Shown here: piece after piece, positions 47,897 to 57,406 of the stretch
Position numbering within the stretch: position 1 is the first letter of the stretch
Layout: every line of letters begins with the position of its first letter
Source of the DNA: Candidatus Heimdallarchaeota archaeon
Lineage (GTDB): Archaea > Asgardarchaeota > Heimdallarchaeia > Hodarchaeales > Hodarchaeaceae
Direction: 5' to 3'
Length of the DNA: 64,000 nucleotides
Assembly: GCA_011364965.1 (NCBI GenBank)
Contig: RDOB01000006.1
Location: forward strand, 32,001-96,000
Notes under the pieces: generated by a model
Seen by the model: the letters and a program-made list of their open reading frames with translations, nothing else
The model's database searches: none
What the model was told of the DNA's origin: nothing
Made by a program: the position numbers and the translations under genes

Positions 47897-50800
47897 TCAT
47901 TTTTCGTATGGTATACCATCATTTGCTGGAGGACGCATTCGTTTAGCTACAGTAGAGACTGCTATAATAGTTAGTAAGTATGGAAATACTTTAAATAACT
48001 TTTCAAAGCGCCAGATATATCCAAAAATCTGTATTGCCCATTTAATCCCTAAAGCTTCAATTTGAAAACGAAAAGCAATTGCAAAACCAAAAAGGAGACT
48101 TGCTAGACTAGCTCCGATAGGACTCCAGCCGCCAAATATTAATGCTGCTAAAGCTACAAAACCTCGTCCAGTAGTCATATCACGACCAAAGAGGGGAGCC
48201 CAACCCAAGGTTAATTGTGCACCTCCAAGAGCTGCAAGCATCCCAGATAAAATTACACAGACATATCTTGTTTGAAATACATTTATTCCAAGTGTATCTG
48301 CTGCTTTCGGATGTTCACCTACTGATCTTACACGCAATCCAAATGAAGTGTGTTCAATTACCCAGTAAGATATAAACATCAAGAAAATAAAAATATAAAC
48401 AAGGGGAGAAAGTCCAGCTGTTCCTCCTGACAAATTGAACAAGATTTCACCTACGATCGGAATATCTCTTAGGAAAGGAAATTTGATATTGGTTAATCCC
48501 TTCACAATTGGAGATGTACCTTTACTTTCTGGACCATATACTAATAACAATCCAAGTAAAGTTATTGCTGAAGCTAAAATATTAATAGCCACTCCGACCA
48601 CTACTTGATCCGCACGAAATTTAATTGAAGCCACAGCGTGCAATAATCCCATCAATGCACCTGCTATAAGTGCACCGAGGACTCCTTGCCACGGATCGCC
48701 TGTAGCGAAGGAAAACCAAACAGCAACAAATGCACCTGAAAGCATCATACCTTCCAAACCAATATTAACAACTCCTGATTTTTCAGAATACATTCCACCA
48801 AGAGCAGCAAATCCGATTGGAGCAGCTATTGATAAGGTTTGCGTGAAAAGTAAGAAAGGATTCATATCAAAAATCCAGGATAAGGAAACAAACGAAAATA
48901 CAAGAGCACTGACAACAAAGAAGAGCGGTAAAGACTGAATTAGAAATCGAACATCCTCTTTTGGAATTTTAATGCGTTTTAAGTAATAATAGGTAAAAGG
49001 TACAGATACTATTCCTATAAATCCAATCAAGGAGCCAAGATCATTAAGAGTAAAGAAAAATAATGGAATAGAAAAAGGCAACCTTATTGCTTCAGTAATA
49101 ACTACTGTAAATGTGAGTATGACATAAAAAGCAACCATAATCCCAAATATTTTACTAACCGTTTTTTCATCAAAAGGATGAGCTTCTTCAGTGATAATTG
49201 CTGTTTCTTTGGAGGGGGTTCGAACACGGAATTCTTGGAATAATATATAAGCAATTATCGCAACAAAAACAATCAAAAGTATAAGATCTTGTCCAAATAC
49301 ATTAATTAGGCTGAAAAACATTAGAATAAAGAAAATTGAGCTGAAGACCAATAATAACCTCTGCAAACCTTTGGAAAATCCCTGCTTTCGCATAAATAAA
49401 GCAGTGAGAACAAAACAAGCGGTGAATGCAATATTAATAATAGCTACATATATGTGGGTTGCTTGAGTGTATAGATCAATGCTCAAGTTCGATAAAGCAG
49501 TAGAAATAACTCCAATTAATGGTATTCCTACCAATAATCCTGCTAAACCTTGGTTACCAAATTTTACTGTTCCAGTGATATCCAAATAAAGTATGAAAGC
49601 TACTATAAACATGAAAATTGCTGTTAGTATATATTTTCTAATAATTATATAATGATATATTGCATTTAATACTGGTATAATGTTTGCTTTCAAAGAAAGA
49701 AACAGATGATATAGTGCAATCCAAATGAAAACTAATAAAATGATATGGATAAATTTATTCCATCTTGTGGGTTTCGATGCAATTCTATACTTATATGAAT
49801 CGACAGCTCTGTTATACCAGCCAGTTTTTCCAATATATGACATAATCATTTTTGAAAACAGTGGTACTGCAACGATTAAAACGATAAATCCCTTAAGTGT
49901 GTTCGCAACATCTTTAGGAATCCCATTTTGCTGTAATTTCGTACCACTGGCTTGAAGCCATCCAAACAATATTGCCCCTAAGATAACTCCGATAGGATGG
50001 TTCTCACCAATTAGAGCAATAGCTATTCCGTCAAAGCCCATTCCACTAGTAGAACCATATAAGAAAAATCCATATAAGGGCCCCATCACAACCAAAGCTC
50101 CTGCTAGCCCGCCTACTCCTCCTGAAATTAACATCACATATATTAGATTACGATTTACATTAATACCCCCATATTTTGCAGCAGAAGGACTGTATCCTAC
50201 AGCTCTGGTTTCATATCCGAGTTTAGTCCTCCATAACACAATGTAGATAATAATACAAACTACGATATTTAATAAAAATCCCCAATGTAAAGGAGAAACC
50301 TCTCTTCCAAAAATTGTTGGGATTCTAGTATTTGCAGGAATTGGGGGAGTTTGAGGTGAAGCATTCCCAGCAAGATTCTGATCGGTAAAAGGCCCACCTG
50401 CACCTATCAAGAATACCATCAGACTATTGGCAACATAGTTCATCATAATTGTGGTAATGACTTCATGGACACCCCTAGCCTTCAGCACAGCTGGAACTAA
50501 AGCCCATAATGATCCTCCTAACATTCCCGCCAAAATCATTGCTGGTACAAGTACTAATGGGGGTATATTGAGGCCAGCGAGTCTTATTGAAGAACCTAAC
50601 AAAGCTGTAGTAAACCCTCCTATTACTACCTGTCCCTCCGTTCCGATGTTAAACATCCCTGCCCGAAAAGCAATTGCTACTGATAAACCAGTTAATATGA
50701 GAGGTGTGGCATAAAAGAACACATTAGCAAGTGCTGTGATATCAATATTTCCAGTTTGATCGAAGAAAATGTCGATAAGCATACTTTTCAGGACTAGAAT

Positions 50801-50938
50801 TGGATCGAAATTCGTAATGATGAGTATAATGATAATGATAAAAAAGGAAATTAAAATTGAGAAGAGAGGGATTGATAACTTCCTTAAAGCCATTTCAAGT
50901 TTTGATTGGGTAATTGTTGATTCTACTTCAGTTGCCAT
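47897..50938 (-). CDS. Fused double ABC permease (nucleoside/CUT2 type) with an extra central TM block
   Basis: N-half AFRAGMFNIGTEGQ...GFDGIAIAL. C-half SEKSGVVNIGLEG...GEHPKAADTLG...GRGFVALAALIFG. About 330 aa of additional hydrophobic sequence between the halves. Confidence 0.9.
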   Translation of the reverse strand: MATEVESTITQSKLEMALRKLSIPLFSILISFFIIIIILIITNFDPILVLKSMLIDIFFDQTGNIDITALANVFFYATPLILTGLSVAIAFRAGMFNIGTEGQVVIGGFTTALLGSSIRLAGLNIPPLVLVPAMILAGMLGGSLWALVPAVLKARGVHEVITTIMMNYVANSLMVFLIGAGGPFTDQNLAGNASPQTPPIPANTRIPTIFGREVSPLHWGFLLNIVVCIIIYIVLWRTKLGYETRAVGYSPSAAKYGGINVNRNLIYVMLISGGVGGLAGALVVMGPLYGFFLYGSTSGMGFDGIAIALIGENHPIGVILGAILFGWLQASGTKLQQNGIPKDVANTLKGFIVLIVAVPLFSKMIMSYIGKTGWYNRAVDSYKYRIASKPTRWNKFIHIILLVFIWIALYHLFLSLKANIIPVLNAIYHYIIIRKYILTAIFMFIVAFILYLDITGTVKFGNQGLAGLLVGIPLIGVISTALSNLSIDLYTQATHIYVAIINIAFTACFVLTALFMRKQGFSKGLQRLLLVFSSIFFILMFFSLINVFGQDLILLIVFVAIIAYILFQEFRVRTPSKETAIITEEAHPFDEKTVSKIFGIMVAFYVILTFTVVITEAIRLPFSIPLFFFTLNDLGSLIGFIGIVSVPFTYYYLKRIKIPKEDVRFLIQSLPLFFVVSALVFSFVSLSWIFDMNPFLLFTQTLSIAAPIGFAALGGMYSEKSGVVNIGLEGMMLSGAFVAVWFSFATGDPWQGVLGALIAGALMGLLHAVASIKFRADQVVVGVAINILASAITLLGLLLVYGPESKGTSPIVKGLTNIKFPFLRDIPIVGEILFNLSGGTAGLSPLVYIFIFLMFISYWVIEHTSFGLRVRSVGEHPKAADTLGINVFQTRYVCVILSGMLAALGGAQLTLGWAPLFGRDMTTGRGFVALAALIFGGWSPIGASLASLLFGFAIAFRFQIEALGIKWAIQIFGYIWRFEKLFKVFPYLLTIIAVSTVAKRMRPPANDGIPYEK

Positions 50939-52532
50939 TATGAGAACCTCCAGTTATAGTTTTACCGTTCTCTGTATGACCTGCCATTAATAATCCAAGT
51001 CGACGTTCGTTTGTTTGTGTAGGATCTTCAAATGCTACAAATTCTCCCTCAAAAATTACTGCAATTCTATCAGAAAGTGACAGAATTTCATCTAAGTCGC
51101 TAGATATTAATAAAATTGCTTTTCCACTTTCTCGTAACTCTACAAGACGACGATGGACGTATTGAATTACACCGACATCCAATCCTCGGGTTACTTGCGC
51201 AGCTAGAACTACAAAAGGTTCCTTTGAAAGTTCTCTAGCTACTACTACTTTTTGTTGATTTCCCCCCGAAAGGGATTGCATTGTTGTCATAACTGAGGGG
51301 GTTCTAATATCATAATTCACAATGTTATTTTTCGCATTTGAATTAATTGATGATCTATCATAAAATTTTGATAATATTCCTTTTAAAAACCAGCGTTTAT
51401 GGTGATGTAAGCCAAGAATCAAATTTTCTGCTACTGTGAACTTTCCTATTGTACCAGTTTTTTGTCTATCCTCAGGAATATATGCTAATCCTGCGTCATA
51501 AATCTCCCTTGTTGAAAAACCGCTAACATTTTTCCCATTAAGTATTATTTCACCTGATTTAACATCTCTTAATCCTGTTATCGCTTGTGCAAGTTCACTC
51601 TGGCCATTTCCTACAACTCCGGCTACTCCTAAAATTTCTCCTCCGCTCACACTCAAATTCACCCCTTTTACTGCTAGCTGCCCCCTATCATTTTCAACGA
51701 CTAAGTTTCGTATTTCCAATAACGGTTCAGATTTTGAAATGGGCTTTTTTTGGATTTTTATCAGCTTTCTTCCAATCATCATTTCCGCTAATTCTTCTGG
51801 TGATGTATCGACACGGTTTACTGTACCAACTACCCTACCTTTTCTTAAAACAGTAATTCGGTCTGCTAATGCCATGGGTTCCTTTAATTTATGAGTAATA
51901 ATAATAATTGTTTTCCCTTGTTCTTCTTTCAACGCTCTTAAAGATTTGAATAAAGCAGTAACCTCTTGGGGAGTAAGTACGGCAGTTGGTTCGTCTAAAA
52001 TAAGAATATCTGCTTTTCTGTAAAGAATCTTTAATATTTCTACACGTTGTTGAATACCTACTGGAAGATTTTCTATAATTGCATCAGGATCAATGTCTAA
52101 ACCATTTTCTTTGGAGATTTTTCGAATTTGCTTTCGTGCGAGTGGAAGATTTAGCTTCATTCCTTGAAAAGTAGGTTCAGCTCCAAGAATGATATTCTCA
52201 GTTACGGACATAATAGGTACAAGCATAAAATGTTGATGAACCATACCAATGCCATTATTCATGGCATCAATGGGTTCTTTTATTGCTACTTCTTTGCCAT
52301 GGATGAAAATTTTGCTTTCCTCGCTATCTGGACCATAAAGGCCATATAGAACATTCATCAATGTCGTCTTTCCAGCACCATTTTCTCCTAATAGGGCATG
52401 AATCTCCCCTTCTCGAATATTCAAGTTGATATTGTCATTAGCTAAAACCCCCGGAAATTTCTTTACGATATTATGCATACTGACCGCAAAGTCTTCCGAA
52501 TGTTTAGGGATAGCACTTTCACTCGCAATCAT
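50928..52532 (-). CDS. ABC transporter ATP-binding protein with tandem NBDs (nucleoside/sugar import)
   Basis: GENGAGKT, LDEPTAVL, LSGGNQQK and TRGLD motifs. Confidence 0.95.
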   Translation of the reverse strand: MIASESAIPKHSEDFAVSMHNIVKKFPGVLANDNINLNIREGEIHALLGENGAGKTTLMNVLYGLYGPDSEESKIFIHGKEVAIKEPIDAMNNGIGMVHQHFMLVPIMSVTENIILGAEPTFQGMKLNLPLARKQIRKISKENGLDIDPDAIIENLPVGIQQRVEILKILYRKADILILDEPTAVLTPQEVTALFKSLRALKEEQGKTIIIITHKLKEPMALADRITVLRKGRVVGTVNRVDTSPEELAEMMIGRKLIKIQKKPISKSEPLLEIRNLVVENDRGQLAVKGVNLSVSGGEILGVAGVVGNGQSELAQAITGLRDVKSGEIILNGKNVSGFSTREIYDAGLAYIPEDRQKTGTIGKFTVAENLILGLHHHKRWFLKGILSKFYDRSSINSNAKNNIVNYDIRTPSVMTTMQSLSGGNQQKVVVARELSKEPFVVLAAQVTRGLDVGVIQYVHRRLVELRESGKAILLISSDLDEILSLSDRIAVIFEGEFVAFEDPTQTNERRLGLLMAGHTENGKTITGGSHNGN

Positions 52533-52610
52533 CTAAAAATCTCCAAAAATGAGCATAAAATAACTAATATTTAAATAAATTGAATAGAAAAAAAAAGAGG
52601 GAGGGGAAGA

Positions 52611-53744
52611 TTATCTCCGCCTTCGGATTTGGATTGTTGCAAGACCCAAGAGGATCAAAATAGAGAGCCATTCAAAACCTGGGACTGGGATACTCTCTTC
52701 AAATTCACTAGAATCATCATCGATAATGAGATGACCAGCTTCTATCTTGTCAATAATATCTTGAATATGCTCCCAGCGAGTTTTGTTTTCTCCATTGAAA
52801 TCATAGTATCCATTCTTGATTGCAGTTGTATAAGTCATAGGACTGATTCCTACACCACCTTCAGCAATACCTAACTCACTGTGACCAGATGTCCATGTAC
52901 CTTCCATTTTTGTTTGAATTGAAGTAAAAACAGCTGTTTCTACTAATTTTAACATTGAGCAGAGAACCTTTCCTGGGTATAGGTAATCTTGGTCAGAGTC
53001 AACACCAATTGCATAGGCTCCTTCTGTTTCATTTGCTGCTTGCATTACACCTATACCAGTACCACCAGCAGCTGCGAAAACAATATCGTTACCTGCACTG
53101 TAGAGTGTTTGGGCCGTGGATTTTCCTCCTGCGATATCGCCCCAAGGATTGGTTGGATCTGGGGAATATACAGAAGTGACAGTAATTTCTTCGTTTATAT
53201 ATTTAACGCCTTGTTCATAGCCATATTTAAATTTGTTAATCAAATAGATATCTAAACCACCGAGAAATCCGACTTTGTCGGTTTCCGTTACCATAGCGGC
53301 CATAGCTCCGACTAAAAAGCTCCCTTCATGTTCCTTGAAGGTTATAGAATTGATATTTGTTTTATTTATTACATCGTCAATCAGAACCCAATCTTGATTG
53401 GGGTAGGTGTTAGCGGATACATTTAATGCACTCGTTTGCAAGAATCCAACGCATATTATCAATTCATATTTGTCTTGTGAACCAAGATCATCCTGATAAG
53501 TAGCAAATTCAGGAATTGTCGCTGGTTCTACATAATCGACATTGATTGATTCACCATACTCGTCAATAGCCTGTTCCATACCTCTATAGGCAGCATCGTT
53601 GAAAGATTTGTCACCAAGACCTCCAGTTGCAAAAATGATTGCAAACTCCATAGGGTCTACGTTTACATTTGCTTGCGCTAGTTGAGATATTGGAAGAGCA
53701 CTAGTGATGAAAATGATGGTAATTAAAAATCTAATTTTCTTCAA
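52611..53744 (-). CDS. BMP-family (purine nucleoside) substrate-binding protein with PGF-type C-terminal anchor
   Basis: GGLGDKSFN, FKEHEGSFLVG, AAGGTG and IGVDSDQ motifs. C-terminus VPGFEWLSILILLGLATIQIRRRR. Confidence 0.93.
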   Translation of the reverse strand: MKKIRFLITIIFITSALPISQLAQANVNVDPMEFAIIFATGGLGDKSFNDAAYRGMEQAIDEYGESINVDYVEPATIPEFATYQDDLGSQDKYELIICVGFLQTSALNVSANTYPNQDWVLIDDVINKTNINSITFKEHEGSFLVGAMAAMVTETDKVGFLGGLDIYLINKFKYGYEQGVKYINEEITVTSVYSPDPTNPWGDIAGGKSTAQTLYSAGNDIVFAAAGGTGIGVMQAANETEGAYAIGVDSDQDYLYPGKVLCSMLKLVETAVFTSIQTKMEGTWTSGHSELGIAEGGVGISPMTYTTAIKNGYYDFNGENKTRWEHIQDIIDKIEAGHLIIDDDSSEFEESIPVPGFEWLSILILLGLATIQIRRRR

Positions 53745-53777
53745 TATTCTATCTCCAATAATGAATAGTGTTTGTAC

Positions 53778-53849
53778 TTTTTGTCAAAATCCTTATCAAG
53801 AATTATGACAAAAAATAATGATTTTTTTCGCTTCATCTGACGAAAAAAA
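53778..53849 (-). promoter_or_regulatory. Two tandem inverted repeats in the bmp/udp divergent intergenic region
   Basis: 53778-53814: near-perfect 37-nt palindrome/hairpin. 53822-53849: TTTTTTTCG-N10-CGAAAAAAA. Confidence 0.55.
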
Positions 53850-53914
53850 ACATGGGTCAATTCACAAACACCTAGGTTTTATTACTTTTCATTGAGTTTT
53901 AAATTTTATCAGTA

Positions 53915-54916
53915 ATGTCTAAGAATTCACTTTTGGTGGGAAGGTCTTTTACTAACATTAATAACACGTTACTTTTTTGTAATCCCAAAGGATTTGTAGC
54001 TAAAACCAAAAATTCTATTTCAATTATTAATTCTGAAGTGAGAGTAATGACTAAAAAGTTAATTGGAGACATCGAAGGAGCAGAGATAGTTTCAGATAAG
54101 GAAGGAAGGCAATATCATATCGGATTAGCCAAAGGAGAGCTTGCTGAAAATATAGTTTTAGTGGGGGATCCTGAGAGACCAAATTTGGTAAAAAAAGTAT
54201 TTTCAGAGATATATATTGAAACACAAGTACGAGAATTCCACACAATAACTGGACAGATAGGAAAGACCGATGTTTCAATTATGAGTACTGGGATTGGACC
54301 CAGTAACATTGAAATTTGTATGGTCGAAATAATACAGGTCTGTGAATCACCTACGGTAATTAGGGCTGGGAGCTGTGGTGCTTTACATCACAAAGTAAAT
54401 GTGGGTGACCTAGTCATTTCTACTGGATCAGTTCGATTCGAAGATACCAGTACGTATTTTATTCCAGAAGGTTATCCTGCAGTTGCCGATTGGGAGGTAA
54501 TACTGGCTTTAAATGAGGCCGCGATGAGAAATAATCATAAATATCATATTGGTCTCTCTGCATCAGGATCAGGTTTTTATGGAGCTCAGGGAAGAGTCAT
54601 TCCCGGTTTACCTATAAGAAATCCCAATACCATCGATTATTTAACGCAGTTAAATGTATTAAACTTCGAAATGGAAGCCTCTACTCTATTTAACTTAGCT
54701 CAAATCTTTGGACTCAGAGCAGGTATGGTTTGTGCTGTTTTTACAAATCGATTAAGAGATGAATTTATTTCAAATGAGCTTAAAGCCAATGCTGAAATAA
54801 ATTGTGTGACAACTGCTCTCGATGCATTAAGAATTCTTGAACAAATGGATTCAATTAAAGCAAGACAAAAATCAAAATTTTGGTCACCTAGTTTTAAGTT
54901 ATCAAATCAAGTTTGA
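53915..54916 (+). CDS. udp: Uridine/nucleoside phosphorylase (probable start MTKKL at 54047)
   Basis: QYHIG, VGDPER, STGIGPS, IRAGSCG, FYGAQGR and NFEME motifs. Confidence 0.9.
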   Translation: MSKNSLLVGRSFTNINNTLLFCNPKGFVAKTKNSISIINSEVRVMTKKLIGDIEGAEIVSDKEGRQYHIGLAKGELAENIVLVGDPERPNLVKKVFSEIYIETQVREFHTITGQIGKTDVSIMSTGIGPSNIEICMVEIIQVCESPTVIRAGSCGALHHKVNVGDLVISTGSVRFEDTSTYFIPEGYPAVADWEVILALNEAAMRNNHKYHIGLSASGSGFYGAQGRVIPGLPIRNPNTIDYLTQLNVLNFEMEASTLFNLAQIFGLRAGMVCAVFTNRLRDEFISNELKANAEINCVTTALDALRILEQMDSIKARQKSKFWSPSFKLSNQV

Positions 54917-54933
54917 TCTTGAAGGTATAGAAG

Positions 54934-55902
54934 ATGACGAATCGTCGTATTTTTTGTTTAGGACATATTTCGATTGATGTTTTTATCCATAGAAAGGATT
55001 TAAACGATCTTAAAATCGGAGGATGTATATCATCACCAAATTTATCGATACAGAGCGGAGGAACGGAAGCTAATGTCTCCTTTTGGTTAGGTAAACTTGG
55101 TGTTAACGTTTCAATGATCGGAGTGATAGCAGATGACCCTCTAGGGCACTTTTTACAAAAAGATCTTGAACGTGCAAATGTAAAATGTTATTTAAAGAAG
55201 TCAATCGTCAATCCTTCATCTAGTATATTAATTGTTGTTGAAGAGACCGGGGAAAGATCTTTTATAATTAATGGTAAATGTTTAAATGAATTAGAGTTAG
55301 TTGATGTACCAATCAAAGAAATACAAGGAGGCAACTTATTTTACACATCTGCTTATAACATAGAGAATCTACCAATAAGAAACACAGTGAAAGAAATTAT
55401 TAAGATTTCCAAGGAAAATGAAGAACAGGCTTTTGAAGTAGCATTTAATTTGGCAGCATATACCACTGTTGAAAGAAATAACAATTTGCTTAAACAAGAT
55501 GTTCTTCCATATGTGGACATTCTTATAGGAAATTATAAAGAATATAAATCCTTATTAAATACCTATAAGAGTCAACCTCTTCCTCAAGATCTCCTAGAAA
55601 AAGCTTTAAATAAATTTCCAAACATCAAAATATTACTTCTCACTGATAGCGAGGATGGATGTTATTTTCGTACTCTTGAGGATCGGGGACACATTCCTGC
55701 TAATCAGGTGACCGTTATTGATACTACAGGAGCTGGTGATGGATTTTGTGCAGGATTTATATCAAAATATGTCATGAATTCATCTATAAAACAAGCAGTG
55801 AATGAGGGTAATAAATTGGGTACATATATTTGCCAAGGTTTTGGAGCTCATTACAACTCTGAGGATTATATACGGAAAAAAGCAAAATCAGGACTTGAAT
55901 AA
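54934..55902 (+). CDS. PfkB-family carbohydrate/nucleoside kinase
   Basis: GGTEAN, GERSF and DTTGAGDGF motifs. Confidence 0.92.
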   Translation: MTNRRIFCLGHISIDVFIHRKDLNDLKIGGCISSPNLSIQSGGTEANVSFWLGKLGVNVSMIGVIADDPLGHFLQKDLERANVKCYLKKSIVNPSSSILIVVEETGERSFIINGKCLNELELVDVPIKEIQGGNLFYTSAYNIENLPIRNTVKEIIKISKENEEQAFEVAFNLAAYTTVERNNNLLKQDVLPYVDILIGNYKEYKSLLNTYKSQPLPQDLLEKALNKFPNIKILLLTDSEDGCYFRTLEDRGHIPANQVTVIDTTGAGDGFCAGFISKYVMNSSIKQAVNEGNKLGTYICQGFGAHYNSEDYIRKKAKSGLE

Positions 55903-56053
55903 TGATAAATTTCGTATGTTAATAGGTTTTTATCCCTTTAAAATAATCGTTCAAGTCTTGTTCTGAATCAGTAAGAAAAAAAGTCAAGATACAAATTGCA
56001 GTTTTAGCAATTGCGCTTTGAAGAGGGATGTGCAATCGGGGGAAATTTAAATT

Positions 56054-56348
56054 GTGAAATGGCATCCCAAAAGCGTATTACCGAAATTTTTTCTTTTTCT
56101 ATTTTTGTTGGATTTATTGTTTTCCCCTGTCAATGCAATTAGCATTAGTTCTAGCGATAAATAGTAAGAATTTGAATGGTGTTGAATCTGTCACCTATGA
56201 AGGCATTCCAGTATTAGTGGAAGCCACAATATCTATTGGAATTCATGTGATCAAAGTTATTGTCTGAAACTTTGATTTGGATACACCTGATGATCAAGAG
56301 GTAAGTGAATACACATCTGGTATTAATATTGTATCTCCCCCAAGCTAA
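56054..56348 (+). pseudogene. Degraded gene for a secreted protein
   Basis: After a GGGGG SD-like run, GTG opens a signal peptide (MKWHPKSVLPKFFLFLFLLDLLFSPVNA-ISISSSDK*). A shifted frame then gives protein-like sequence (NGVESVTYEGIPVLVEATISIGIHVIKVIV*NFDLDTPDD...) with a further stop. Confidence 0.45.
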
Positions 56349-56356
56349 AAAACATT

Positions 56357-56698
56357 CTACACTTTAGGAGAATATCGATTACTGTCCTCAAAAAAATCTA
56401 GTGCTTTGAATTGAGTATGAAATTCCGCTTTATGTTCAACTCCTCGTGGGATATGATAAGTATCACCTTTTACGTATTTATTCGTCTTTTCTCCAATAGT
56501 AAGGGACATTTCACCTTCTAGGACAACTCCGAATTGTTCTCCATGTGTATGAGGAGGAATGGATGTAATTGGATTGATATCAAGAAATACTATTTGAAAG
56601 TTCGATCCTTGGGCAATCCATGCGTTAATTCCTTTAAAAGGAATATCAGCTTCAGGTAGAAGTTTTTTTATAAATTCTGGGAGTAATTCTTTACTCAT
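56357..56698 (-). CDS. Cupin domain protein
   Basis: PPHTHGEQFGVVLEG and YHIPRGVEH motifs. Confidence 0.9.
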   Translation of the reverse strand: MSKELLPEFIKKLLPEADIPFKGINAWIAQGSNFQIVFLDINPITSIPPHTHGEQFGVVLEGEMSLTIGEKTNKYVKGDTYHIPRGVEHKAEFHTQFKALDFFEDSNRYSPKV

Positions 56699-56736
56699 AC
56701 TTAAAACATCCTAAAAAAAAAGAAGAGTGAGGATTA

Positions 56737-57405
56737 CTACCTAAGAGTAGCAACCCATTTATATACTGGATCACAGAGCTCTTTGATTCTTTCCTTCTCT
56801 GAAGTCATAGGTCCTGGTTTCCAGGAAGGATCAGGTTCGAACCAGAAATCGATTAGATTTCCCACACGATCCTCGACAGGAACTATTTTGACGACAACTG
56901 GCATGTTTGTTTCAGTATGCCAAGGTTCAGAGATGTGTAGAATATTTGCAATAGCTGTCTTACTTTCTCCAATTAATACATAAGCCAAAACAAATGGTAA
57001 TTTTTTCAAAGCACTCTTCGCTGAGAATCCACATATAGTCCAAGCATGAAGAATGCCTTTTTTAGGCATTTCTACCCAATTAGTGATTTCTAAATCACAA
57101 TCTAAGTTCCAACAATTAACTCTAGGAGGGAAAGTGATATCTCCACATTTTGGACATTTAGTACCTAGTAATTTTCCATCTAATAATCCTTTGGAGTAAG
57201 GAGAAAGCGCTCCTAATCGAAAAGTGTATAGCATATCATAGTAGATCTGTTGTTCTACCCAAATTTTTCCTCCAGCTTCTCCACTACGAACATTTTGCCA
57301 TACCCATCCCTGTTCTGGAACCAAGGGTTGAATCTCTTTCCATGCGTTCCATCGGAACTCTTTATTGAATGGGGTTGGATGTAAGTCCTTTTTCATATTA
57401 TTCAC
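56737..57405 (-). CDS. DUF35 Zn-ribbon/OB-fold protein (thiolase partner)
   Basis: LLGTKCPKCG...FPPRVNC and PFVLAYV motifs. Lies directly downstream of the thiolase-fold gene. Confidence 0.9.
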   Translation of the reverse strand: MNNMKKDLHPTPFNKEFRWNAWKEIQPLVPEQGWVWQNVRSGEAGGKIWVEQQIYYDMLYTFRLGALSPYSKGLLDGKLLGTKCPKCGDITFPPRVNCWNLDCDLEITNWVEMPKKGILHAWTICGFSAKSALKKLPFVLAYVLIGESKTAIANILHISEPWHTETNMPVVVKIVPVEDRVGNLIDFWFEPDPSWKPGPMTSEKERIKELCDPVYKWVATLR

Positions 57406-57406
57406 C

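Noticed and set aside
56025-56068. GGGATG...CATCCC possible structured RNA or SECIS
   Set aside because: The stem is short, there is no SECIS consensus and no UGA-containing selenoprotein nearby. The region is better explained as the start of a decayed secreted-protein gene.
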